The notes under the pieces: generated by a model
The model's input: the letters and a program-made list of their open reading frames with translations, nothing else
Told to the model about the DNA's origin: nothing
Databases searched by the model: none
Part shown: positions 9,257-17,964 of the stretch, piece by piece
How positions within the stretch are numbered: position 1 is the first letter of the stretch
Layout of the letters: the number at the start of each line of letters is the position of its first letter
DNA from: Actinomycetes bacterium
Lineage (GTDB): Bacteria > Actinomycetota > Thermoleophilia > Gaiellales > F1-60-MAGs149
Direction of reading: 5' to 3'
Assembly (NCBI GenBank): GCA_025360225.1
Contig: JANYCN010000029.1
Span: 36,792-100,791, forward strand
Length of the DNA stretch: 64,000 bases
Translations under genes and position numbers: made by a program

Positions 9257-10216
9257 ATGTCCGTCACGGATCACCCGAAACCCGGCCCTGGCACCCTGCG
9301 CGGCCTGCGCGCGATGACGACGGTTGACGGCCGGGTCGCCGCAGTCTCGGTCGACCAGCGCCAGGCGCTGCGCAAGATGCTCAGCGCAGCAGGGTCGCCG
9401 GCGAGCGCCGCCGACCTCCGCACGTTCAAGGTCGCCGTCGCTCGTGCGCTCGGTGACATCGCCCCGGCGCTGCTCGTCGACCCGCAGTACGGCCTGCCGG
9501 CCGTCGCCGCCGACCAGCACGTCGCCGCGCGGCTCCCGCTGATGGTCGCGATCGAGGACTCGGGAACGATCGCCTGGCAGGGAGGCGAGCGGTCGCTCGC
9601 GCTCAGCGGGTGGGGACCGCAGGAGGCACGCAACGCCGGAGCGTGCGCCGCGAAGCTCCTGGTCTACCTGCGGGCTGATCACCCGGCGACGCTGGCGGTC
9701 GGCGTTGACTATGCGACCGCCGTGCGTCGCGCGTGTCGGCTCGCCGACCTTCCCTTCATCCTCGAGCTGGTGCCGTTTCCGCTCGTCGACGAGGACCCCA
9801 CCACCTACGCCGCGGCGTTCGGGCGCCACGTGCAGGCGATCGCCGAGGTGGGCGCAGCCCTCGCGCCCGACCTGTTGAAGATCCCGTTTCCCGCACCGCT
9901 CGGCTCAGACGAGCCGGCCGTCGGCGCGCTCGACCAGCTTGCCAACCTCCCTGTCCCGTGGGCGGTGCTCTCGGCCGGCGCGGAGTTCGAACGGTTTGTC
10001 GGGCGCGTGGAGCGCTCGCTCGATGACGGTGGGGCCGTGGGGTTCATCGCCGGGCGCGCGCTCTGGAAGGACGCTGTCGGTGTCGCTGGCGTCGACACCG
10101 CGCTGCGCGACGGGGCCCGGAGGCGTCTCGAACGGCTGCTCGAGGTGATCGTCGGGCGCGGCAGGTCGTTGCCGCTGCCGACGGTCGACGACGACCCTGG
10201 GTGGTTTCGGCGGTGA
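9257..10216 (+). CDS. Class I aldolase of the DeoC/LacD family (tagatose-1,6-bisphosphate / sulfofructose-phosphate aldolase-like)
   Basis: ATG 9257 follows GAGAGGAAGG. LacD-like pattern ...VDQRQALRKML..., ACAAKLLVYLR (putative Schiff-base Lys), FILELVPFP. Paralogue at 46389-47345. Confidence 0.75.
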   Translation: MSVTDHPKPGPGTLRGLRAMTTVDGRVAAVSVDQRQALRKMLSAAGSPASAADLRTFKVAVARALGDIAPALLVDPQYGLPAVAADQHVAARLPLMVAIEDSGTIAWQGGERSLALSGWGPQEARNAGACAAKLLVYLRADHPATLAVGVDYATAVRRACRLADLPFILELVPFPLVDEDPTTYAAAFGRHVQAIAEVGAALAPDLLKIPFPAPLGSDEPAVGALDQLANLPVPWAVLSAGAEFERFVGRVERSLDDGGAVGFIAGRALWKDAVGVAGVDTALRDGARRRLERLLEVIVGRGRSLPLPTVDDDPGWFRR

Positions 10217-11154
10217 GCGCATTTGACGTCGTCGTGGTCGGGGAGTGCAACCCCGATCTCGTTCTGAGCGGCGGAGCGATCGTTCCGGTCTTCGGTCAGG
10301 TCGAGCAGCTTGTCGACGACGCCCGGCTCGTGATCGGCGCCTCCGCGGCGATTACCGCCTGCGGGCTCGCGCGGCTTGGTCTGCGCGTCGCTCTCGCATC
10401 GGTCGTCGGCGACGACGTGTTTGGTCGCTTCATGCGCGATGCACTCGACGGGCGGGGCGTCGACACGACCGGCGTGATCGTTGATGCGACGGTCGCGACG
10501 GGTCTCTCGGTGATCCTCTCGGCCGGTGATGACCGCGCGATCCTCACCGCCCCTGGCGCGATGACCGCGATGCGCGCCGACCTGGTTCCCGCCCACCTGC
10601 TGGTCGGTGCTCGACACGTCCACGTCGCCAGCTTCTACGTGCAGCCGCAGCTGCAACCGGGCGTTGCCGGCCTGTTTCGCGCGGTGCGCGCGGCGGGTGC
10701 GACAACGTCGCTCGACACCAACTGGGATCCGGCCGACCGCTGGGACGGACACCTCTCCGCCGCGCTCGCGGAGACTGACGTCTTCCTCCCGAACCGCGAG
10801 GAGGCGCTGCGGATCACGCGTGCGGAGACGGTCGAGGCGGCAGCGGCGGCGCTCGCCGCGTCAGGGGCGACCGTCGTCGTCAAGCAGGGTGCTGACGGCG
10901 GCCTCGCGCGCCGGGGTGCCCACGTCGTCCGCGCGAGCGCGCCGGCGGTCGATGTCGTCGACACGACGGGTGCCGGCGACTCGTTCGGCGCAGGGTTCCT
11001 GGCCGCGTGGCTCGGAGGGCTCGACATCGAGGAGGCGCTCGCCATCGCCGTCCGTTGTGGCTCGCTCTCGACGCGCGGCGTTGGCGGGACGGCCAGCCAG
11101 GTGACGTGGGCGGAGGCTCAGCGCCGCAGTGACTCGGGCAGCCAGTCGTTGTAG
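10213..11154 (+). CDS. PfkB-family sugar kinase (ribokinase/fructosamine-kinase-like)
   Basis: GTG 10213 overlaps the aldolase stop (GTGA); an alternative GTG is at 10201. VVVVGECNPDLV N-terminus and DTTGAGDSFGAGFLAAWL PfkB signature 2. Confidence 0.85.
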   Translation: MSAFDVVVVGECNPDLVLSGGAIVPVFGQVEQLVDDARLVIGASAAITACGLARLGLRVALASVVGDDVFGRFMRDALDGRGVDTTGVIVDATVATGLSVILSAGDDRAILTAPGAMTAMRADLVPAHLLVGARHVHVASFYVQPQLQPGVAGLFRAVRAAGATTSLDTNWDPADRWDGHLSAALAETDVFLPNREEALRITRAETVEAAAAALAASGATVVVKQGADGGLARRGAHVVRASAPAVDVVDTTGAGDSFGAGFLAAWLGGLDIEEALAIAVRCGSLSTRGVGGTASQVTWAEAQRRSDSGSQSL

Positions 11155-12410
11155 GCGTCGAGCAGCTCGTCCGTGAGCGAGCTGATCTGGTCGAGCGTGA
11201 GGGACGCGGCCGCGTTCGGATCGAGCATCGCAGCGTGGTGCACGTGGTCGCGGCGTCCCTCGAGGACGGCCTGCACGGTGAGCTCACAGACGTTGATGAA
11301 CGTCCGGTTGAGCGCCGCGAGCTGCACCGGGTAGTGAGGCACGTGGACGGGCGCGAGCCCGGTGCGGTCGGCAAGCACTGGCGTCTCGACGCAGGCGCCG
11401 AGAGGCAGGTTTGCGATCTGCCCATCGTTGCGCATGTTGCCGTAGATGACGCGCGGCTGCCCGGTGACGATCGAGTGGATGATCAGCGAGGCGTACTCCC
11501 ACGATCGCTCGATCTCGAGCGGCCGGCCGGCGGCGAGGTCGCGCTTCACGACGTCGTACTCGTCGAGGTTCTCCTCGCTGCGCCGTACGTACTCGCCCGG
11601 TGGAATGCGCAGACGTTCGATCTCGGCGTCGTGGCGCATGTACCACGGCACGTACTCGGCGGAGTGCTCGCTCGACTCCGTCGGAAAGTAGCCGAGGCGC
11701 CGGTGCATGTCGACGCGTACGCGTCGTTGCAGCTCGGGGTTTGCCGCGATCGCCGCGTTAACGCGTGGGTAGAGGTCGACGCCGTCGCGCTCGAGGCGCA
11801 GGATGAAGGCCTGGTGGTTGATGCCAGCGCCGAGGAACGTCACGTCGTCGATCGCCTCTCCGGCGAGCTCGGCGAGCATCGCTGACGTCCCCTGCACCGA
11901 GTGGCAGAGCCCGACGACGTTTCGGGTGGGCGTGCCGGCGTAGACGAGCCAGCAGATCATCGCCATCGGGTTCGTGTAGTTGAGCAGCCACGCATCAGGG
12001 CAGAGCTCAGCCATGTCGTTCCCGAGACCAAGCACCACGGGCGCCGTGCGGAGGGTGCGGATGATCCCGCCGATGCCGAGCGTGTCACCGATCGTCTGCC
12101 GGAGCCCGTAGGAGAGCGGCAGACGATAGTCGCGGAGCGTCGCCTCGTGCCCGGCGACCTGTACGGAGTTGATCACGAAGTCAGCGCCCACAAGGGCGCG
12201 ACGACGGTCGAGCTCGGCGCGCACCGTCGGCGTTGTGCCGAGCTGTCGGGCGACCTGGTGCGCGAGCCGCTCAGCGGTCGCGAGCCGGTCGGCGTCGATG
12301 TCGTGCAGCACGATCTCCGCGTCCGCGAGCTCCGGGAAGGCGAGGATATCGCCGAGCAGGTTTCGCGTGAAGACGACGCTTCCCGCGCCGATGAAGACGA
12401 TTCGTGTCAC
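11118..12410 (-). CDS. Glycoside hydrolase family 4 (NAD+/Mn2+-dependent alpha-galactosidase/alpha-glucosidase type)
   Basis: IVFIGAGSVVFTRNLLGDI Rossmann N-terminus and the VVGLCHSVQGT GH4 metal/catalytic motif. 430 aa. GTG start 1 nt after the upstream gene's stop. Confidence 0.88.
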   Translation of the reverse strand: MTRIVFIGAGSVVFTRNLLGDILAFPELADAEIVLHDIDADRLATAERLAHQVARQLGTTPTVRAELDRRRALVGADFVINSVQVAGHEATLRDYRLPLSYGLRQTIGDTLGIGGIIRTLRTAPVVLGLGNDMAELCPDAWLLNYTNPMAMICWLVYAGTPTRNVVGLCHSVQGTSAMLAELAGEAIDDVTFLGAGINHQAFILRLERDGVDLYPRVNAAIAANPELQRRVRVDMHRRLGYFPTESSEHSAEYVPWYMRHDAEIERLRIPPGEYVRRSEENLDEYDVVKRDLAAGRPLEIERSWEYASLIIHSIVTGQPRVIYGNMRNDGQIANLPLGACVETPVLADRTGLAPVHVPHYPVQLAALNRTFINVCELTVQAVLEGRRDHVHHAAMLDPNAAASLTLDQISSLTDELLDAYNDWLPESLRR

Positions 12411-12411
12411 G

Positions 12412-13470
12412 TCAGGGCCCTCTCTGAAGGATTCGTCGCGCGTTGTCGCGGTAGACCGCCTCGAGCACGTCGCGTTCCAGGCCGAGCCCGGAGATCGCCC
12501 AACGCCCCTGCGTCGGCACGTCGTCCGGGTCGCCGTAGGCGAAGTGCTCGTCCTCTGACTCGAGGAACCGCCATGCCCTCTGATACTCGGCCCCGTCCGG
12601 CGGAAAGCAGTCCGACCCGTACAGCACCCGCGTCGGATGGCGGCGGATCAGCCGTGCGGCGGCGCGTGGCTGGCGGCCAAGCTCGCCGATCCGTGCTGAG
12701 ATGTCCACGTTGAAGTTCGGATACGCCGTCAGCATCCGGTCGACCCACGCGAGGTCCTCGGCGTAGCAGCCGACGTGCGCGCCGATGAAGGTCGTCGCCG
12801 GATGGGTCGCGACGATCGCCTCGAGCGCGGCCATCAGCCGCTGAAAGGTCGGGAATCGACCACCGTAGAACGACCACTCGGGGTGCACGCCGAGCTCCTC
12901 AAGGCGCTCGTTGTGGCAGTCGATCGGGTCGAAGAAGGCAACCGGGTCGGCCGTGTGGATCAGGACCGGAAGCCCGAGCACGCCTGCCTCGTGCCAGAGC
13001 GGAGCGATCCGCTCGTCGTCCGGGAGGAGCAGGTCGCCGTGCTCGTCCTCGAAGCCAAGGCCGAGATCCTTCCAGACCTTCAGCCCCTGCGCGCCCCGCG
13101 CGGCCGAGCTGCGCAGGCTCGTGACGAGGCGCTCCGACCAGCCTGGCTCTCGCGCCTCGCGCCAGTCAACGTGACAGAACGTGATGAACCGACCAGGGTG
13201 CGCCCGGTCGTAACGGTCGAGGTTCGCTTCGAGCTCGTCCCCCCAGCGGCCGTCGAGGTTGACGATCGACGTAACGCTGCAGCGGTCGAGCAGGTCGAGC
13301 AGCTCGCCGACGTCGGGCGCCACCCAGGTCTCCGTCAACCAGCGACCGAGGTGGTTGTGCGCGTCGATCGCGGGCACGCACGGTCGAACGATGGAGGTAA
13401 CGGCCGTCCGAAGCGCGGGGCGTGGCAGGTACCGGGAGAGCGGCAGCGTCCTTGGGTCGACCGTCATCAT
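12412..13470 (-). CDS. Amidohydrolase_2-family metal hydrolase (sugar lactonase/decarboxylase-type TIM barrel)
   Basis: MMTVDPRTL... start at 13470. AIDAHNHLG is the HxH metal motif. The ORF-track N-terminal extension to 13848 overlaps the divergent SBP gene and was trimmed. Confidence 0.78.
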   Translation of the reverse strand: MMTVDPRTLPLSRYLPRPALRTAVTSIVRPCVPAIDAHNHLGRWLTETWVAPDVGELLDLLDRCSVTSIVNLDGRWGDELEANLDRYDRAHPGRFITFCHVDWREAREPGWSERLVTSLRSSAARGAQGLKVWKDLGLGFEDEHGDLLLPDDERIAPLWHEAGVLGLPVLIHTADPVAFFDPIDCHNERLEELGVHPEWSFYGGRFPTFQRLMAALEAIVATHPATTFIGAHVGCYAEDLAWVDRMLTAYPNFNVDISARIGELGRQPRAAARLIRRHPTRVLYGSDCFPPDGAEYQRAWRFLESEDEHFAYGDPDDVPTQGRWAISGLGLERDVLEAVYRDNARRILQRGP

Positions 13471-13498
13471 GGCGAGTATAGGAGATCCTGCTTGACTC

Positions 13499-13541
13499 GT
13501 GATCGATTCGCGACTATTCTCGAGCGAAATGAGCGCATTCG
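13499..13541. promoter_or_regulatory. Candidate operator, second copy of the island motif (TGATCGATTCGCG ... GAGCGCATTCG)
   Basis: It shares a 13/14-nt box and an 11/11-nt box with 8228-8260, in the same order. The spacing differs by 11 nt. It lies in the divergent amidohydrolase/SBP control region. Confidence 0.35.
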
Positions 13542-14857
13542 GACATTCACACCGCCTTGCGGCCGTCACGGCGACCGGTCTCGTCGTACTCCTCGCTGCC
13601 TGCGGCGGAGGTGCTAGCACGCCGGGCACCGCGCCGACCACCGGCGGCGCGGGAACCGCCGCCCCGGTCGAGATCACCCTCTGGCACGGGCAGGTCGACG
13701 TCGCGCAGAAGACGCTGGACGCGATGGTCGCGGACTTCAACACGTCGCATCCGAAGATCGTCGTGAAGACCGACTCGGGTGGTACGACCACCGACAACAT
13801 GCTCGAGAAGGTGCAGGCGGCGCTTGCTGCCGACGCCGCCCCTGACATCTCCTACCTCTACGGCTCGCAGCTCGCGCAGCTCGTCGCGACCGGGAAGGTT
13901 GCCGACCTGACCGCCGAGGTGAAGGAACCAAGCTGGGCGTGGAGCGACTTCTGGCCGGCGATGCAGGACGGCGTCGTCGTCGACGGCAAGGTTCGCGGCA
14001 TCCCCTCGGCGATCGGCGACTTCGCGGTGATCTACAACAAGAGCCTGCTTGCAGCGAAGGGGATCGCCGAGCCAACGTCGGACTGGACGTGGTCAGACTT
14101 CCGAGCAGTGGCGTTGAAGGCGACGGACAAGGCGGCTGGCACGTTCGGCACGGGGTTCCCGGTGGACGGATCGGAGGACACGGCGGTGCGCTTCCTCTAC
14201 AAGCTCTGGCAGGGCGGTGGCGACCTGCTCAACGCCGACAACACGAGCGCGACCTTCAACACCCCGGCGGGCGTGACGGCGCTCGAGACGTATCGCGCGA
14301 TGGCGGTCGACGACCGCTCGATGTACCTCGATGCGCAGAACGCGGGAAAGATCGAGCAGCTGTTCAACGCGGGCAAGATCGCCTTCTTCGTCACCGGCCC
14401 GTGGGAGCTTGAGACGGTGACTGCGGCGAAGATCGACTACGGCACGCAGGTGCTCCCTGGCACGAACGGCGACCATACGACGACCGCCGGCACCGACAGC
14501 TGGGTCGTCTACGACCACGGTCCAGCGCGCAAGGCGGCGGCGGCGACGTTCCTCAAGTGGCTCACCCAGCCGGCACAGGACGCCCGTTGGGCGTTGGCGA
14601 CGGGCTCGCTGCCCCTGCGCTCGACGACCGTCAGCGACCCGGGCTTCGCCTCCTTCTACACCACCTATCCTGGCAACGACCTGTTCGTCAAGAACCTCGC
14701 GAACGCGAAGAGGGCGAAGCCGAGGACGACCGCGCTTCCCGAGGTCTTCACGGCGGTCGGCAAGGCGGTGTCGGCGGTCCTGCTCGGACACGGGGACGCG
14801 AAGGCGGCGCTGGACGGCGCGGCTCAGCAGGCGAACGCCGCGCTGGCGGGCCAGTGA
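13529..14857 (+). CDS. ABC transporter sugar-binding lipoprotein (CUT1 family), copy 1
   Basis: Signal peptide with lipobox LLAAC|GG. Typical family-1 SBP length. ATG 13529 preferred; an alternative GTG at 13499 is in frame. Confidence 0.88.
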   Translation: MSAFGHSHRLAAVTATGLVVLLAACGGGASTPGTAPTTGGAGTAAPVEITLWHGQVDVAQKTLDAMVADFNTSHPKIVVKTDSGGTTTDNMLEKVQAALAADAAPDISYLYGSQLAQLVATGKVADLTAEVKEPSWAWSDFWPAMQDGVVVDGKVRGIPSAIGDFAVIYNKSLLAAKGIAEPTSDWTWSDFRAVALKATDKAAGTFGTGFPVDGSEDTAVRFLYKLWQGGGDLLNADNTSATFNTPAGVTALETYRAMAVDDRSMYLDAQNAGKIEQLFNAGKIAFFVTGPWELETVTAAKIDYGTQVLPGTNGDHTTTAGTDSWVVYDHGPARKAAAATFLKWLTQPAQDARWALATGSLPLRSTTVSDPGFASFYTTYPGNDLFVKNLANAKRAKPRTTALPEVFTAVGKAVSAVLLGHGDAKAALDGAAQQANAALAGQ

Positions 14858-15741
14858 GCGACACGGAGCGCGAGATCGCCTCGCAGCCGGACTGCTGGGC
14901 GCGCGCGACCGTGCTCGCGGCCACCCTTGGCGACGCGCTCGGCGTCGCGGGTGAGCGCGTCGCGTTCGTCGGCTGCGGCACCTCCTGGTTCATGGGGCAG
15001 GCTGCGGCAACCCTGCGCGAGACGGCGGGGCTCGGGGAGAGCGACGCGTTCCTCGCGTCGGAGATGCCGACCGGGCGCCGTTACGACCGGGTCATCGCGA
15101 TATCGCGATCGGGCACGACGAGCGAGCTGATGACCGCGCTCGCCGCCTTGCCTGAAGGCACGCCGACGGTCGCCGTCGTTGCCGTCGCCGGGATGCCGAT
15201 CGAGGCTGCAGTTGATCGCACGGTCGTGCTCGACTTCGCTGACGAGCGCTCGGTCGTGCAGACACGATTCGCGACGACCGCGCTGGCGCTGCTGCGTGCC
15301 GCCTACACCGGCGACCAGCTCGCGCGGGCGATCAACGATGCCGGATCGGTGCTCGCCGAGCCGGCGCCGGCGGTCGGGCACAGCCGCGTCCAGTTTCTTG
15401 GCACGGGCTGGCGCGTCGCGCTCGCCTACGAGGCGGCGCTCAAGGTTCGCGAGGCTGCGCAGGCCTGGTCAGAGGCGTACCCGGCGATGGACTACCGGCA
15501 CGGGCCGATCGCGATCGCTGACCGGGACACGCTGGTCTGGACGTTTGGTGAGCCGCCGCCGGGCCTGCTCGACGAGGTGCGTGCGACGGGGGCGGCCGTC
15601 TACGCGAACGACCTCGACCCGCTCGCGCAGCTCGTCGCCGCGCAGCGTCTAGCGGTCGCCGTCGCGCGGTCCAAGGGCCTCGACCCCGATCGACCGCGCA
15701 ACCTCTCCCGTTCCGTCATCCTGCCGCCCACGAACCAGTAG
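14854..15741 (+). CDS. SIS-domain sugar-phosphate isomerase/deaminase (AgaS/FrlB/GlmS-C-like)
   Basis: GTG 14854 overlaps the SBP1 stop (GTGA). SIS motifs VAFVGCGTSWFMG and AISRSGTTSE. The ORF-track start at 14557 was trimmed. Confidence 0.82.
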   Translation: MSDTEREIASQPDCWARATVLAATLGDALGVAGERVAFVGCGTSWFMGQAAATLRETAGLGESDAFLASEMPTGRRYDRVIAISRSGTTSELMTALAALPEGTPTVAVVAVAGMPIEAAVDRTVVLDFADERSVVQTRFATTALALLRAAYTGDQLARAINDAGSVLAEPAPAVGHSRVQFLGTGWRVALAYEAALKVREAAQAWSEAYPAMDYRHGPIAIADRDTLVWTFGEPPPGLLDEVRATGAAVYANDLDPLAQLVAAQRLAVAVARSKGLDPDRPRNLSRSVILPPTNQ

Positions 15742-15751
15742 GAGCTCGCCG

Positions 15752-17051
15752 ATGTCGCGCCGAACGCTCACCCTCTCCGCCGCCGCGCTCGTCGCGGCGC
15801 TCGCCGCCGGCTGTGGCTCCTCGGGGTCGAGCGACCCGGGCGCGATCTCCTCCGGCCCCGTGCATATCACGATCTGGCACGGACAGATCGACACCGCGAA
15901 GACGGCTCTCGACGCTGCGATCGTCGCGTTCAACAAGACCCACAGCGACGTCGTCGTCGAGTCTGACACGGGCGGGACGACTGCGGATCACATGCTTGAG
16001 AAGATCCAGGCATCGATCGCCGCCGACGCCGAGCCGGACATCTCCTACCTGTTTGGCTCACAGCTCGCGAACGTCGTCACGACGGGGAAGGTGGCGGACA
16101 TGACGAGCGCCGTCGCCGATCCGTCCTGGGCGTGGAGCGACTTCTGGCCGGCCGAGCAGCAGGCGACGACCGTCGACGGCAAGGTGCGGGCGATCCCCGC
16201 GCTCGTCGACAACTTCGGTGTCATCTACAACCGGAAGCTCCTCGCGGCGAAAGGGATCGCTGAGCCGAAGGCGGGCTGGACGTGGGCTGACTTCCGTGCC
16301 GCCGCAAAGGCGCTGACGGACAAGGGGTCTGGCGTCTTCGGCACCGGCTACCCGATCGACGGCTCGGAGGACACCGCCGTTCGCTTCACGTTCTCGCTCT
16401 GGCAGCGTGGCGGCGACCTGGTGTCCGCGGACGGCGCCACGTCGACGTTCGCGACCGCCGACGGCGTGGCGGCGCTCGAGATGTGGCGCCAGATGGCCGT
16501 CGATGACCGCAGCGTGTACCTCGACTCGGAGAACGCCGGTAAGACCGAGCAGCTCTTCAACGCCGGCAAGATCGGCTTCTTCGTCACCGGCCCGTGGGAG
16601 CTTTAGCTCGGTGCAACAGGCGAAGATCGACTACGGCACCCAGGTCCTTCCCGGCACGGCGGGCAACCATGCGACGATCGCCGGCCCGGACAACTGGGTC
16701 GTCTATGACCACGGCGCCGCCCGCACGAAGGCCGCGCTCGAGTTCCTCAGGTGGTTCACGGGGCCTGAGCAGAGCGCCAAGTGGTCGCTCGCGACCGGCT
16801 CCCTGCCGATCCGAACCTCGACGACGACGCAGCCTGGGTTCGACGCCTTCTCCACCACCTACCCCGGCAACGAGGTGTTCGTCGCGAACCTCGCGAACGC
16901 GACGAAGGCGAAGCCGCGGGTGACGGCGCTCCCCCAGGTGTTCGATGCGATTGGCAAGGCGGTCGCGTCGACGCTGCTCGGCAAGACGAGCGCGAAGGCT
17001 GCTCTCGACGACGCGAAGCAGGCTGCCGACAGTGCCCTCGCCGCGGGGTAG
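15752..17051 (+). pseudogene. ABC transporter sugar-binding lipoprotein, copy 2, interrupted by a +1 frameshift at ~16602-16606
   Basis: Lipobox LAAGC|GS. The two ORF-track pieces (15752..16606 and the tail of 16407..17051) align end to end with SBP1 (...FFVTGPWEL / ..AKIDYGTQVLPGT...). An extra T in a TTT run creates TAG. Confidence 0.8.
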
Positions 17052-17964
17052 CCGAGGGCAGTTACGCGGCGGGCTCCGGCGCCGTCGGCGCCGTGAGACG
17101 CTCGAGGCATGGGCCTTCGTCTCACCGGCCGCGATCGTCGTCGCTGCGCTCTCGCTCGTGCCGTTCGCGTGGGCGTTCGTGCTCTCGCTCCGCAAGCAGG
17201 CGTTCTCTGGACCGTCTACGTTCGTCGGTACGCGCAACTACGAGCGGCTCCTGACGAGCGACCCGGCGTTCCGGACGGCGGTCTCAAACACCTTGCGCTA
17301 CACGCTGGCCTACGTCCCGGCAACGCTGTTCCTCGGGCTGGTGATCGCGTTGCTGTTGAACCAGAAGGTACGTTTCGTTGGCGTCTACCGCACGCTGATC
17401 TTCGTGCCCTTCGTCGCATCGAGCGCGGTCACGGCCCTGATGTTCGGCATCGTCTTTGACTCGAGCTTCGGCATCGTCAACGCTGCGCTTGGCGTGGTCG
17501 GGATCGGGCCCGAAGGGTTCTTCGACGATCCCGACCAGGCACTGTGGGCCCTCGTGATCGCGTCGCTGTGGGGTAACGTCGGCTTCAACGTCGTCCTCTA
17601 CCTCGCGGCGATCCAGGACGTCCCGCTCGAGCTGCGCGAGGCGGCGTCGATCGATGGGGCGAACGTGTGGAACACGTTCCGGCACGTGGTCGTCCCGCAG
17701 CTCGGGCCGGTGACGACGTTCCTGACGCTGTACCAGACCCTGAACGCGCTCCAGCTGTTCGACCTGGTCTACGCGCAGACCCGCGGTGGGCCGCTCGACG
17801 CGACGACGACCGTCGTCTACTACGTGTACCAGCAGGCCTTCCGCTACTTCCATGCCGGCTACGGATCGGCCGCGGCCTGGCTGCTCTCGCTCGTGATCCT
17901 CGCGATCGGCGTCCTCGAGGCGCTGCTCTACCGGCGGCGTGGGCTGGCGGGGGGCGTCGCGTGA
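17032..17964 (+). CDS. ABC transporter permease (MalF/UgpA-like, CUT1)
   Basis: EAA loop EAASIDGANVWNTFRHVVVPQL and 6 predicted TM segments. The only in-frame start near the SBP2 stop is GTG 17032 (alternative ATG 16945). Confidence 0.85.
   Translation: MPSPRGSRGQLRGGLRRRRRRETLEAWAFVSPAAIVVAALSLVPFAWAFVLSLRKQAFSGPSTFVGTRNYERLLTSDPAFRTAVSNTLRYTLAYVPATLFLGLVIALLLNQKVRFVGVYRTLIFVPFVASSAVTALMFGIVFDSSFGIVNAALGVVGIGPEGFFDDPDQALWALVIASLWGNVGFNVVLYLAAIQDVPLELREAASIDGANVWNTFRHVVVPQLGPVTTFLTLYQTLNALQLFDLVYAQTRGGPLDATTTVVYYVYQQAFRYFHAGYGSAAAWLLSLVILAIGVLEALLYRRRGLAGGVA

Noticed and set aside
12412-13848. N-terminal extensions of ORF-track entries. These affect the amidohydrolase (to 13848), pckG (from 32198), scoA (to 51985), the antiporter (to 26789), the acyl-CoA synthetase (from 26524), adk (from 5650), the DeoR gene (from 7091) and soxA (from 57633).
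   Set aside because: The extensions overlap neighbouring genes or RNAs, are Arg-rich with poor coding signal, and lie upstream of starts that have RBSs or stop/start coupling and match family N-termini.
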